Shown here piece after piece: positions 17,409 through 25,949 of a stretch of DNA of 32,000 nucleotides. The notes under the pieces are model-generated. The model had not been told where the DNA came from. It made no database searches and saw only the letters and a program-made list of their open reading frames with translations. The stretch spans positions 477,911 through 509,910 of the forward strand of contig CAVRAI010000001.1 in assembly GCA_963718915.1 (NCBI GenBank), given 5' to 3'. The stretch is from an uncultured Chloroflexia bacterium (GTDB taxonomy: Bacteria > Chloroflexota > Ktedonobacteria > Ktedonobacterales > JADMIN01). Every line of letters begins with the position of its first letter. Position 1 is the stretch's first letter. Both the position numbers and the translations under genes were made by a program.

Positions 17409-17645
17409 CGAACACGCCGGGGCCTGATGTCGTTTTAGACAATAGTAGGGACTGATCACCGACCTGCGCCAGCGGTCTGCTGAGGGGTGCTTGCCGGAGC
17501 ATAAATGCCCCGGCGAATTGCCCCACCCCTCCCGTCGCATGCCAGCGCAGGCGCCCATTCGCCGTAGCGTTCACGCTACGGCCTGCTCCACCCACCGCAA
17601 TGCTCGTGTCCGTCGCACATGCTAAAACGACATCATGCCGCGAAC
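17409..17645 (+). repeat. Family-2 intergenic element, copy B (composite, bounded by an 18-bp inverted repeat)
   Basis: The core GCCGGAGCATAAATGCCCCGGCGAAT-[38-nt loop]-ATTCGCCGTAGCGTTCACGCTACGGCCTGC... starts at 17493. The outer arms GGCCTGATGTCGTTTTAG (17421-17438) and CTAAAACGACATCATGCC (17622-17639) are inverted repeats with 1 mismatch. Confidence 0.85.
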
Positions 17646-17682
17646 TTGGAGTATTCCCACTCTGTGCCCGCGCTGAAATGCA

Positions 17683-19797
17683 TCACTCCGTCGTCTGTTC
17701 GCCGCCGCCAGTGATCCCGAATTGCCAGAGCAAGAAGGCCAGCTTATCCGCCAGCTCGGCGTCTTCCTGCTGGCGGGTTGACCCCATGCCGTGGCCCGCC
17801 TGCTCCTCCAGCCGGAGCAAGATCGGCTTCTCGGATGCCGTGGCCGCCTGGAGCCGCGCCGCCATCTTCATCGCCATCCAGACGACGACGCGCGGATCGT
17901 TGGCGCCGCTGGTGAGCAGCACGGCAGGATAGGCCGTCCCGTCGCGCACGCGCAGATACGAGTCGATGATGAGCAGCCCGTTGAAGCCATCTTCAGTGGT
18001 CGCGCTGCCAAACTCCATCACGTTTGGCGGGCCATTTTCCGTTGTCTCGAAGCGCAGCGCATTGGTGACGGCCACCCGCATCACCATCGCGGCAAAGAGG
18101 TCGGGCCGCCGCACGAGCGCGCCACCGCTGGGAATGCCACCGCCACTCGCCCCCTCGCCTGCCAGCAATTCCGGTCGCGTATAGCCCGCGTGAACCAGGT
18201 ATTCGGCGCAGGCGATGAAGTCGCCGATGGTGTTCTCTTTGTTGAGCAGCCGCCCTGCCTGATGCCACTCGTCGCCCTTCTCGCCGCCGCCGCGCATGTG
18301 CGCGATAGCCATGACGCCGCCGCGCTCGTACCAGGCGAGCATCTGCGGCATGAAGAACGGCGGGAGCGAGATGCCATAGGAGCCGTAGCCAATTAGCAGC
18401 GTGGGATGCGAGCCATCGCGCGTCAGTCCCCTGCGATGGATGATCGAAAGCGGGATGCGCTCGCCATCGGGCGCGGGCGCCTCGACCTCATGCGCCTCGA
18501 TCTCACTGAAATCGATGGATGAGGGTGGCAGCCAGACGGTATCGCTGGCCATATTGGTCGCGGCGTCGTAGCGCAGGATGCGTGGGGCGGTGGTCCACGC
18601 GGTGGTCGCGAGATAGACCACGCTGCTACCCGGCTCACCCGCCCAGTCGAGGATAGCGCCGGTGTTCGGCAGTGAGACAGCTTCCGGGGCGCCGCCCGCG
18701 AGTGGCATGCGACGCAGTCTGCCGATGCCAGCATTCATCTCACGCACGAGCAAATACTCGCCCGCCACGCATATATCCTCCAGCACTGCCTCGCTCTGCG
18801 GCACGACGACGGTGGCCCGCGCAAGGTCAGGCGTATCCTGGGCATCCAGCGGCACGGCAATTACCTGATAGCGCGGCGCGTTGTGATGCATCAGTAGATA
18901 GAGCATATTCCCGGTGAAGGCGAACCCAGTCACGGCGTCGTCGGGGCTGGTCACACGCCGCCACAGGATGCTGGCAGGATCAGTCAGCGCGCTTTTGGGG
19001 GCGACGTAGAGCGAGTTTTCCTTGAGGTCGCCGTGCAGCATCAGCCCCACCATCCAGGCGCTATCAGGCCGGATGACGACAAAGGGAATGTCGATGCGGA
19101 CGAGATCCACCGTGGCATGCGCCCCGCGCCCCAGCACGACGGGATCGCTGGCGGGGTCGGCGCCGAGGCGATGCAGTTGGATGCGGCTGTCGAGATAGTA
19201 ATCGCTGGAGGGCGTCTCTGGCGTGGGGTCGGGCGAGCGGCTGTAGAGGAAGGATACGTTATCCTCCAGCCAGCAGACGCCGCCGAACCGCACGTGTGGA
19301 ATCGCCAGGTCGAGCGTCGTCCCCTGATCGGTGTCGAGCACATAGAGGGTGCTATCCTCGGAGCCACCCTGCGAGATACCATAGGCGACGAGTCGTCCGT
19401 CACGCGACGGCTCGTACCAGTCAATCGCGGTGTGTGTCTCACCGCTCATAGCGTTCGGGTCGATCAGCGTCGTCTCGGACGCATCCGGCGCCGTATACAT
19501 TACCAGCCGGGGCAGATTTTCGCCGGGTTCCTGGCGCAGCGCGAAGACCCGCCCACCCGCCACGCGCAGGGAGTGCATCTCTGGCCCGGCGTCGCTCAGT
19601 GCGCTGATACGCGCCAGCAATATGTCACGCTCTGGCAGCGCGCCGAGTATCTGAGCCGCGTGGTTCGCCTGGCTCCGCAGCCAGGCCTGCGCCTCGTCGC
19701 CTTTGTAGTCTTCCATCCAGCGATATGGGTCTTCGATAACCCTGCCGAAATACTCGTCGCGTACGATCTCGACGCGCGCCCGTGGTGGATTGGCCAT
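17683..19797 (-). CDS. Prolyl oligopeptidase family (S9A) serine peptidase
   Basis: The N-terminus DPYRWMED and a beta-propeller region are followed by a catalytic domain with GEGASGGG (GxSxGG), SGANDPRV and QAGHGMGS. ATG 19797 is preferred because GAGGAG lies 6 nt upstream. The ORF-track start at 19815 is 6 codons longer. Confidence 0.85.
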   Translation of the reverse strand: MANPPRARVEIVRDEYFGRVIEDPYRWMEDYKGDEAQAWLRSQANHAAQILGALPERDILLARISALSDAGPEMHSLRVAGGRVFALRQEPGENLPRLVMYTAPDASETTLIDPNAMSGETHTAIDWYEPSRDGRLVAYGISQGGSEDSTLYVLDTDQGTTLDLAIPHVRFGGVCWLEDNVSFLYSRSPDPTPETPSSDYYLDSRIQLHRLGADPASDPVVLGRGAHATVDLVRIDIPFVVIRPDSAWMVGLMLHGDLKENSLYVAPKSALTDPASILWRRVTSPDDAVTGFAFTGNMLYLLMHHNAPRYQVIAVPLDAQDTPDLARATVVVPQSEAVLEDICVAGEYLLVREMNAGIGRLRRMPLAGGAPEAVSLPNTGAILDWAGEPGSSVVYLATTAWTTAPRILRYDAATNMASDTVWLPPSSIDFSEIEAHEVEAPAPDGERIPLSIIHRRGLTRDGSHPTLLIGYGSYGISLPPFFMPQMLAWYERGGVMAIAHMRGGGEKGDEWHQAGRLLNKENTIGDFIACAEYLVHAGYTRPELLAGEGASGGGIPSGGALVRRPDLFAAMVMRVAVTNALRFETTENGPPNVMEFGSATTEDGFNGLLIIDSYLRVRDGTAYPAVLLTSGANDPRVVVWMAMKMAARLQAATASEKPILLRLEEQAGHGMGSTRQQEDAELADKLAFLLWQFGITGGGEQTTE

Positions 19798-19830
19798 GCG
19801 CGGCTCCTCTCGCATGAGTCGATTCGGCGA

Positions 19831-20665
19831 CTAGCTCAGGCCGTTGAGGAAATCGCCAAGAATCTGATTAAACTCGTCGGGCAGCTCCATGCTGGGCAGG
19901 TGCGCGGTGTTGCGCATCACCACTTTCTTCGCGTTGGGGATACGCGCCGCCAGTACATCGACGGCGTGCAGGATGTCGGGCACGTCGCGGTCGCCGACAA
20001 TCACCAGCGTCGGCGCGGTGACAGTCTCCAGCCGTGGATAGGCGGGCGGTTCGGCGGGCTGCCACTCGACGGCGTTCATCTCGGCGTCGTGGTCGTAGAG
20101 TGCGCGATTCATGGCGCTGGCTTTGGCGCGATATGCCGGATCAACCTGATCGGGTGTGCGGCCCATGCCATCCACCCAGGCGCGCAGTTCGAGTTCGTTG
20201 GCCTGATCGTAGTCGCCTGCCTTCGCCGCCGCCTGAATCTCCTGCCAGGTCTCCGCCAGGGGATCGTTCTCCTCGTCGGGCATGCCGGAGACGCCAGGGC
20301 CGGAGAGCGCCAGAGCATCTACCAATCTCAGGATGCGCCAGCGTGAAGTCGAGCGCCATCCCGCCACCCATCGAGCAGCCGACCAGATAAGCTTTGTCGA
20401 TATTCAGGAACTTGAACATGCCATAGACATCATTGACCGCCGAGGCTGGCCCGGCGGGCGCTCTGGACTCGCCGAAGCTGCGATGATCGTAGCGCACGAC
20501 GCGGTAGCGGTCGCTGAACGCGCTGACCTGGTCGTCCCACATGCGCAGATTGGCGATGCCCGCATGCAGAAAGACCAGCGGATGCCCCGCGCCCGCCACC
20601 TCATAGTAGAGTTTCGCGCCGTTGACATCGGCAAAGCCCGTGGTCACATTCCCGGTATCCGCCAT
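19831..20665 (-). pseudogene. Alpha/beta hydrolase, +1 frameshift as sequenced
   Basis: The N-terminal ORF (ATG 20665, GGAGG upstream) reads ...GHPLVFLHAGIANLRMWDDQ...AYLVGCSMGGGMALDFTLAHPE, with the nucleophile elbow GCSMG. The C-terminal ORF (19831-20367) reads ...VDALALSGPG...PTLVIVGDRDVP...VVMRNTAHLPSMELPDEF. The join HPEI|VDALAL requires skipping one G (C at 20323 on the + strand). Confidence 0.8.
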
Positions 20666-20779
20666 GATTTCTCCATTCCTCCACTGTACAGACAGCAATC
20701 GCGCGTCAAATGACAAGAACGCTTGTTCTATTATACAGAAGGATTGCCTGAGTATCGAGCCATGGTTCAAGACTACCCG

Positions 20780-21328
20780 CTACCGTTCACTTTTAACGCC
20801 AGTTTTCTGCCCGATTTCGCGGCGCATCTCCAGAAAGAGGCGCGCGTCTGATCCGCTATCAGGGGCATCCAGCGTGCCGACGTGGCGGAATCCGGCGCGC
20901 TCGTAGACGCGGATGGCTCGCTGGTTGAACGGCAGCACGAAGAGCCGGAACGCGGCTGGGCTGAATCGCTCTAGTGCGAAGGCCAGCACGGCCTCGAAGA
21001 ACGACAGCCCCAGATGCTTGCCGGTCAGGTCGGGCCGCAGCCCCAGGCCAACGCTGAGCGTGCCATCGTCCAGCGTCCAGAGGCGTGGCTCGCCCTCCCA
21101 GCCAACCTCCGCTGCCGTGCCGAAACAGCAGTAGCCCATCGGCGCGCCATCCGCGCCATTTGTGCCATCCGCGTCGAAGGCGACGAACCATGGGTTGCGG
21201 CTATCCAGCATCTCCGCGAGCGGCGCCGCTTCATCGCCGATGTTATAGGTGTCGTATGGCGCGGGATAGCGCCAGGCCGCCAGCGCGCGCGCCGACTCTG
21301 GGGTAATCGCCTGGAACGTGATATCCAT
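20780..21328 (-). CDS. GNAT-family N-acetyltransferase
   Basis: The translation ...LGLRPDLTGKHLGLSFFEAVLAFALERF...FRLFVLPFNQRAIRVYERAGFRHVG matches the acetyl-CoA binding motif A region. ATG 21328 (AAGAGG upstream) is preferred over the ORF-track start at 21376. Confidence 0.8.
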   Translation of the reverse strand: MDITFQAITPESARALAAWRYPAPYDTYNIGDEAAPLAEMLDSRNPWFVAFDADGTNGADGAPMGYCCFGTAAEVGWEGEPRLWTLDDGTLSVGLGLRPDLTGKHLGLSFFEAVLAFALERFSPAAFRLFVLPFNQRAIRVYERAGFRHVGTLDAPDSGSDARLFLEMRREIGQKTGVKSER

Positions 21329-21694
21329 TCGACGCCTCTTTCGTGGGCATGTGATAGGAGTGTATGTCTCCGTCATGCATTTTACCCGTTACATGGGACT
21401 TTAACAGGGTGTGGTTACACTATGGAGTAACAGCGACCAATAGACGAGCAGGATGGTAGCCATGACCGCACTAGAGACTTTTCCGCACGATTGGGGTGAC
21501 CTGAGACATAGGTCGTCTCTATCTCCAGCGCCTCTTGCTCCCCTCACCAACCCCTGAAAGATGTGTCGTCAGCCATGACTTCCGACACGCGCCAACGGCC
21601 CCCATCCCAGGTAGGCTGTCTCTCAGCGGATATTCGCTACTGTCTCGCCATCGCAGGGAATGAGAATGGCGCACGCCACGTTCAGGAGGAATCC

Positions 21695-22681
21695 ATGCTC
21701 CCTGATATCATGAGCAGCGCACATGCGGCGCCTGCCCAGCCAGCGACCGCGGAGGCGCTGGTCGAGGTGAATCATCTGGTGAAACGCTACGGGCGCTTCA
21801 CCGCCGTCAACGATGTCAGCTTTACCATCAGGCGCGGCGAGATTTTCGGGCTGCTTGGCCCCAATGGCGCGGGCAAGACGACGACACTCGAAATCATCGA
21901 AGGCCTACGCCGCGCCGATAGCGGACAGGTGACGGTGGATGGGCTGGATGTGCGGCGCGCCCGCCGGGCAGTGCAGCAGCGAATTGGCGTGCAGTTGCAG
22001 GCGACGACCCTCTTCGACGCGCTGACCGTCCGCGAGACGATCCACCTGTTCGGCGCATTCTATCAGTCGGCGCGGACGGCGGATGATCTCTTGCGCGAGG
22101 TGGCGCTGGAGGAGAAGGCGCGCGCCATGCCGAAGGATCTCTCTGGCGGCCAGCGACAGCGGCTTGCGCTTGCTCTGGCGTTGGTCAACGATCCCGCGCT
22201 GCTCCTGCTGGACGAGCCAACCACCGGACTCGACCCCCAAAGCCGACGGCTGCTGTGGGATACCATCCTGCGGCTGCGCGCGCGCGGGAAGACGGTTGTG
22301 CTGACGACGCACTTCATGGATGAGGCGCAAACCCTCTGCGACCGCATCGCGATTCTCGACGGCGGGCGTATCATCGCGCAGGATACGCCGTCCGGGCTGA
22401 TTGGCCTGCTCAACGCGAACGCCACGATCGAATGCGCGCTCATTCCACCGCCAGGCGCCCAGCCGCCCGATCTTGCCTCCATCCGGTTGCTTCCTGACGT
22501 CAGCGATGTCCAGACGGGCGCGGAGCGCGTGCGCATCTACTCGACTCGCATCGAAAAGACGATGACGGCGCTGTTTCAATATGCCGAGGCGCGGAGGATC
22601 TCGATTGAGCAGATTCAGGTGCAGGCGCCGACCCTCGAAGATGTGTTTCTCAAGCTGACCGGCCGCGGCCTGCGGGAGTAA
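21695..22681 (+). CDS. ABC transporter ATP-binding protein (ABC-2/DrrA-like exporter subfamily)
   Basis: ATG 21695 follows AGGAGG at 21684-21689. The protein has Walker A GPNGAGKTT, the signature LSGGQRQRL and Walker B LLLLDEPTTGLD. The ORF-track start at 21563 adds 44 non-homologous residues. Confidence 0.9.
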   Translation: MLPDIMSSAHAAPAQPATAEALVEVNHLVKRYGRFTAVNDVSFTIRRGEIFGLLGPNGAGKTTTLEIIEGLRRADSGQVTVDGLDVRRARRAVQQRIGVQLQATTLFDALTVRETIHLFGAFYQSARTADDLLREVALEEKARAMPKDLSGGQRQRLALALALVNDPALLLLDEPTTGLDPQSRRLLWDTILRLRARGKTVVLTTHFMDEAQTLCDRIAILDGGRIIAQDTPSGLIGLLNANATIECALIPPPGAQPPDLASIRLLPDVSDVQTGAERVRIYSTRIEKTMTALFQYAEARRISIEQIQVQAPTLEDVFLKLTGRGLRE

Positions 22682-22699
22682 AACGGGGAAATGGGCCAG

Positions 22700-22852
22700 G
22701 GAGATTCGCCGGAGCATGAATGCAGTTTTAGCATGTGCGACGGACACGGGCATTGCGGTGGGGCGAGCAGGCCGTAGCGTGAACGCTCCGGCGAATTTCC
22801 CGGCCTCTCTGGCCCATTCGCCGGGGCCTTTGGGCTTCCGGCAGGCCCACCC
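22700..22852 (-). repeat. Family-2 intergenic element, copy C (reverse orientation)
   Basis: ...GTTTTAGCATGTGCGACGGACACGGGCATTGCGGTGGGGCGAGCAGGCCGTAGCGTGAACGCTCCGGCGAAT-[19-nt loop]-ATTCGCCGGGGC... It is nearly identical to the reverse complement of copy B outside the loop. Confidence 0.85.
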
Positions 22853-22889
22853 CAGCACACTGTTCGGGGTTATTTCTAAAACCTCATAG

Positions 22890-23021
22890 CGCGCGGCTAA
22901 GGGCCTCGCTCCGCTCCGCCACGAAGCCTGCCTTCGCAGGCTCAAATTCCAGAATGCAATCTTCATAGGCCGCGCAGGCGGCCTTTGCAGCCGCAGGCTC
23001 TTAGGCGCGGCTTTAGCCGCC
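22890..23021 (-). repeat. Family-3 intergenic element, copy 1 (reverse orientation)
   Basis: CGCGCGGCTAAGGGCC...CACGAAGCCTGCCTTCGCAGGCT...GGCCGCGCAGGCGGCCTTTGCAGCCGCAGGCTCTTAGGCGCGGCTTTAGCCGCC. This is the reverse complement of the element at 29903-30028. Confidence 0.85.
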
Positions 23022-23078
23022 AGCCTCCGATTGCATAGACAAACGCTGCTCCATCACAGAGAAAGAAGTGACGATCCC

Positions 23079-24161
23079 ATGAAGGCTTTTCGCACGCTGT
23101 TCGCCGCCAGTGTCACCATGTTGCGGCGCAATCGTGTCCTGTTGATTACCAGCCTGGGGCTGGCGTTACTCTCGATCTTCGTCTTTGGCTGGCTCTTTGG
23201 CGGCGGTGGCACACCCAAACTGGAGCTTGGCGTCGTGGACCGCGACGCCTCGCCGCTCTCGCAGCAGATGATCCAGGGGCTGCGCGCCAGCGACTCGCTC
23301 CAGGTCTTCACAGGCGCGCAGAGTGAGGAGCTTCAGGCGCTGCGCGACGGCCATCGCAACGCCGTCATCGTATTGGCAGTGGGCTTCGGAGAGGCGCTGG
23401 CGCAGGGCCGATCTACCAACATCGCCGTCTATTATGACGAGAGCAGCCCGGTGATGGCGGCCAACGCGCGTATGGCGGTACAGAGTATCGTCGCCACCCT
23501 CAACCAGCAGGTGATGCGCCAGACCTCGCCCATCACGCTGAGCGAACAGGCGGTCAGCGTTCACAATCTGCGGCAGATCGACTGGCTGACGCCGGGGATG
23601 CTCGGCATGCTGCTGATGTGGGCGAATCTGAGCGTCGGTGTGGCGCTGGTGGAGTGGCGGCAGCAGGGTGTTCTGCGGCGGCTGGCGGTCACACCACTGC
23701 GCCCTGGCGTGCTGATCTCGACACAGATGCTGGCGCGATTGGCGCTCTCGTTGCTTCAAGGCGCCGCGCTGATCTTCGTGGCGATGCTAGTCTTCCACGT
23801 GCAGGTGACGGGGAGCTGGATCGCGCTGGGGCTGACCGTAGCGCTAGGGGCGCTGGCGCTCCAGGGGCTTGGCTTTGCGGTGGGCAGCTTTGCCCGTACG
23901 CCAGAGGTCGCCAATGCGGCGTTCTTCCTCATCAGCTTCCCGATGATGTTTCTCAGTGGCTCCTACTTCCCAACGGATAGCGCGCCCGCCTTTCTCACCC
24001 CGCTGATCAAAGCGATGCCGCTGACCTATCTCAACGACGCCCTCCGGCAGATTATCAACAATGGCGCGTCGCTCGGCGGCGTACAGACCGATCTGCTGAT
24101 TATCGCCGCGTGGATGGTAGTCGCGGTGCTGCTCTCGGCGCGCGCCTTCCGCTGGTCATGA
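23079..24161 (+). CDS. ABC-2 type transporter permease
   Basis: ATG 23079. It has an N-terminal TM helix (LLITSLGLALLSIFVFGWLF), a ~150-aa extracytoplasmic loop, and then 5 C-terminal hydrophobic helices. This topology is typical of ABC-2 permeases that partner DrrA-like ATPases. Confidence 0.8.
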   Translation: MKAFRTLFAASVTMLRRNRVLLITSLGLALLSIFVFGWLFGGGGTPKLELGVVDRDASPLSQQMIQGLRASDSLQVFTGAQSEELQALRDGHRNAVIVLAVGFGEALAQGRSTNIAVYYDESSPVMAANARMAVQSIVATLNQQVMRQTSPITLSEQAVSVHNLRQIDWLTPGMLGMLLMWANLSVGVALVEWRQQGVLRRLAVTPLRPGVLISTQMLARLALSLLQGAALIFVAMLVFHVQVTGSWIALGLTVALGALALQGLGFAVGSFARTPEVANAAFFLISFPMMFLSGSYFPTDSAPAFLTPLIKAMPLTYLNDALRQIINNGASLGGVQTDLLIIAAWMVVAVLLSARAFRWS

Positions 24162-24816
24162 TGCTGCCACTCACCTGTAACGTTTGGGTTGCTTCGCGGA
24201 CAATACAGAACAGCGTATACTAGCGCATACTAAAGAGCCTGTATGGCGACTCAGTCGAAAGTCTGATTGCCATGCGGGCCATTGGTGTGAGAAAAGATAG
24301 TAGCTCCCATACGTATATCAGGTAGCAGACAAAAAGCTATGTTCGCCGCTTCCGACCTGGAGCAGGGACATAGAGAACCTTCGAGGTATGTGGCACACAA
24401 TGTGCTGAACTCGGGTTCCATCTGCGCTAATGAACCTATACAGTGGCGGTCCCGGTGCGCGTGTGATCGTGTGATCGATGTGTACCGCGGTACAAACATA
24501 GATGGCCACCGGCATCGTCTCTCATGAGGCGCCGCGCCAACCATGCGGGACATACGTCCCGGTCAATTCCCAGATGTCGATGTCACGGAGGGCAGTTTTC
24601 AGCCAGTTCATGCTTCACTTCGTGAAGCAGAAATACCTGAGGGAAAATCAGGTATTTACCTGATGTGGCAGACGCCGATAACCGTGTACACTGGCCGGGG
24701 GAATGAATGGAAATGTGCATGAGCACGTCCAGTTGGCAGGTTGTCGCCGAATGCTGGAGATAGCCGGTTCATAAACGTCAGATACGCTGCGAGATCTGGC
24801 AGAAGGAGTGTGCGAC

Positions 24817-25848
24817 ATGGCAGCCACGCAACCACAGATGCTCGAGGATGCTGGCGCGCGGCTTTTGCGTCAGGCATTCGAGAAGTTGGCATCTTCCAGC
24901 ACGGCTCAGTCCGTCGCGGTGGTTGATGATGTCGAGCCGACGGATGCGGAACTCGCCGAGCTAACCAAAGAAGAAGAAGACGCCCTCTATGGCAAGGGCG
25001 CGGGGCATTATGGCGGCGCCGATGGCGCTGAAGACGCCTTCCAGAGTTATCTCCATGACATTCGCGGCCTCTCACTGCTGACCCACGAAGAAGAGATTAT
25101 CCTCGCCAAACGCTCGCAGGCGGGCGACTCGCGCGCGCGCCGTCGGCTGGTTGAGGCGAACCTGCGACTGGTGATCTCGATTGCGCGCCGCTACACTAAC
25201 TCTGGCGTGCCGCTGATCGATCTCATTCAAGAGGGCAACCTCGGCCTGATGCGCGCCGCCGAAAAGTTCGACTGGCAGCGCGGCTGCCACTTCGGCACCT
25301 ACGCCACCTGGTGGATTCGCCAGGCCATCAGCCGCGCGGCAGGCGAGCAATCGCGCCTGATCCACCTGCCCGAGCATGTCGCGACCCGTCTGCGCAAGGT
25401 GCGCCGCGTCGCCTCGCAGCTCTCGCAGGAAAACGGCGGCGATCCCCTGCCAGAGCAGATTGCCGAGGCGGCGGGCATGCCGATGGAAGAAGTTGACGAC
25501 CTGATGCACATCACCGAGCAGCCCGTCTCGCTCGATGCCCCCGCCGACACCGACAACCGCCTCGCCCTCTCCGATACACTCGAAGACCCCGGAGTCCAGA
25601 CGCCCGCAGATATCGCCTCGCAGCACCTGCTGGGCGAAGAGCTGCACCGCGCGCTCTCGCAACTGACCAGCCGCGAGCGGTCGGTGGTCATCCTGCGCTA
25701 TGGCATCGGCGATGGCCGCAGCCGCACGCTGCTGGAGGTCGGCAAAGAGCTGGGCATCTCGCGCGAGCGGGTTCGGCAACTCGAAATGGTGGCTCTCACC
25801 AAACTGCGCAGCGCCAATTCTACCCAGTCGCTTCGCGAGTGCGTCTGA
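24817..25848 (+). CDS. RpoD/SigA-family sigma-70 factor (group 1/2)
   Basis: ATG 24817 follows GAAGGAG at 24802-24808. Region 1.2/2 reads YLHDIRGLSLLTHEEEIILAKR, LVEANLRLVISIARRY, DLIQEGNLGLMRAAEKFD and TYATWWIRQAISRA. Region 4 reads RERSVVILRYGI...TLLEVGKELGISRERVRQLEMVALTKLR. Confidence 0.9.
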   Translation: MAATQPQMLEDAGARLLRQAFEKLASSSTAQSVAVVDDVEPTDAELAELTKEEEDALYGKGAGHYGGADGAEDAFQSYLHDIRGLSLLTHEEEIILAKRSQAGDSRARRRLVEANLRLVISIARRYTNSGVPLIDLIQEGNLGLMRAAEKFDWQRGCHFGTYATWWIRQAISRAAGEQSRLIHLPEHVATRLRKVRRVASQLSQENGGDPLPEQIAEAAGMPMEEVDDLMHITEQPVSLDAPADTDNRLALSDTLEDPGVQTPADIASQHLLGEELHRALSQLTSRERSVVILRYGIGDGRSRTLLEVGKELGISRERVRQLEMVALTKLRSANSTQSLRECV

Positions 25849-25874
25849 GAGACGTGCTCGCTGCTGATAGACGT

Positions 25875-25920
25875 GGACGGACGCTTGTTATGGCTATGGC
25901 GTCCGTCCGTTTTTCGTTTC
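25875..25920 (+). terminator. Rho-independent terminator after the sigma-70 gene
   Basis: A perfect 10-bp stem, GGACGGACGC (25875-25884) pairing with GCGTCCGTCC (25899-25908), encloses a 14-nt loop and is followed by GTTTTTCGTTTC. It lies 27 nt after the stop codon, between convergent genes. Confidence 0.7.
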
Positions 25921-25949
25921 CCCATTGTTCCGCGAGGCGCCAGCGATCC

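Noticed and set aside
19033-20346. 437-aa plus-strand ORF overlapping the peptidase and hydrolase genes
   Set aside because: It is antisense to two well-supported minus-strand genes, and its sequence is low-complexity.
21905-22966. 353-aa minus-strand ORF opposite the ABC ATPase, running into the repeat region
   Set aside because: It is a shadow ORF. Part of it is translation of the family-2/3 repeats (…VSVAHAKT…).
24480-24493. 14-bp perfect palindrome TGTACCGCGGTACA as an operator site
   Set aside because: A 7+7 palindrome is expected about twice by chance in 32 kb. There is no second copy or adjacent regulator gene to support a function.
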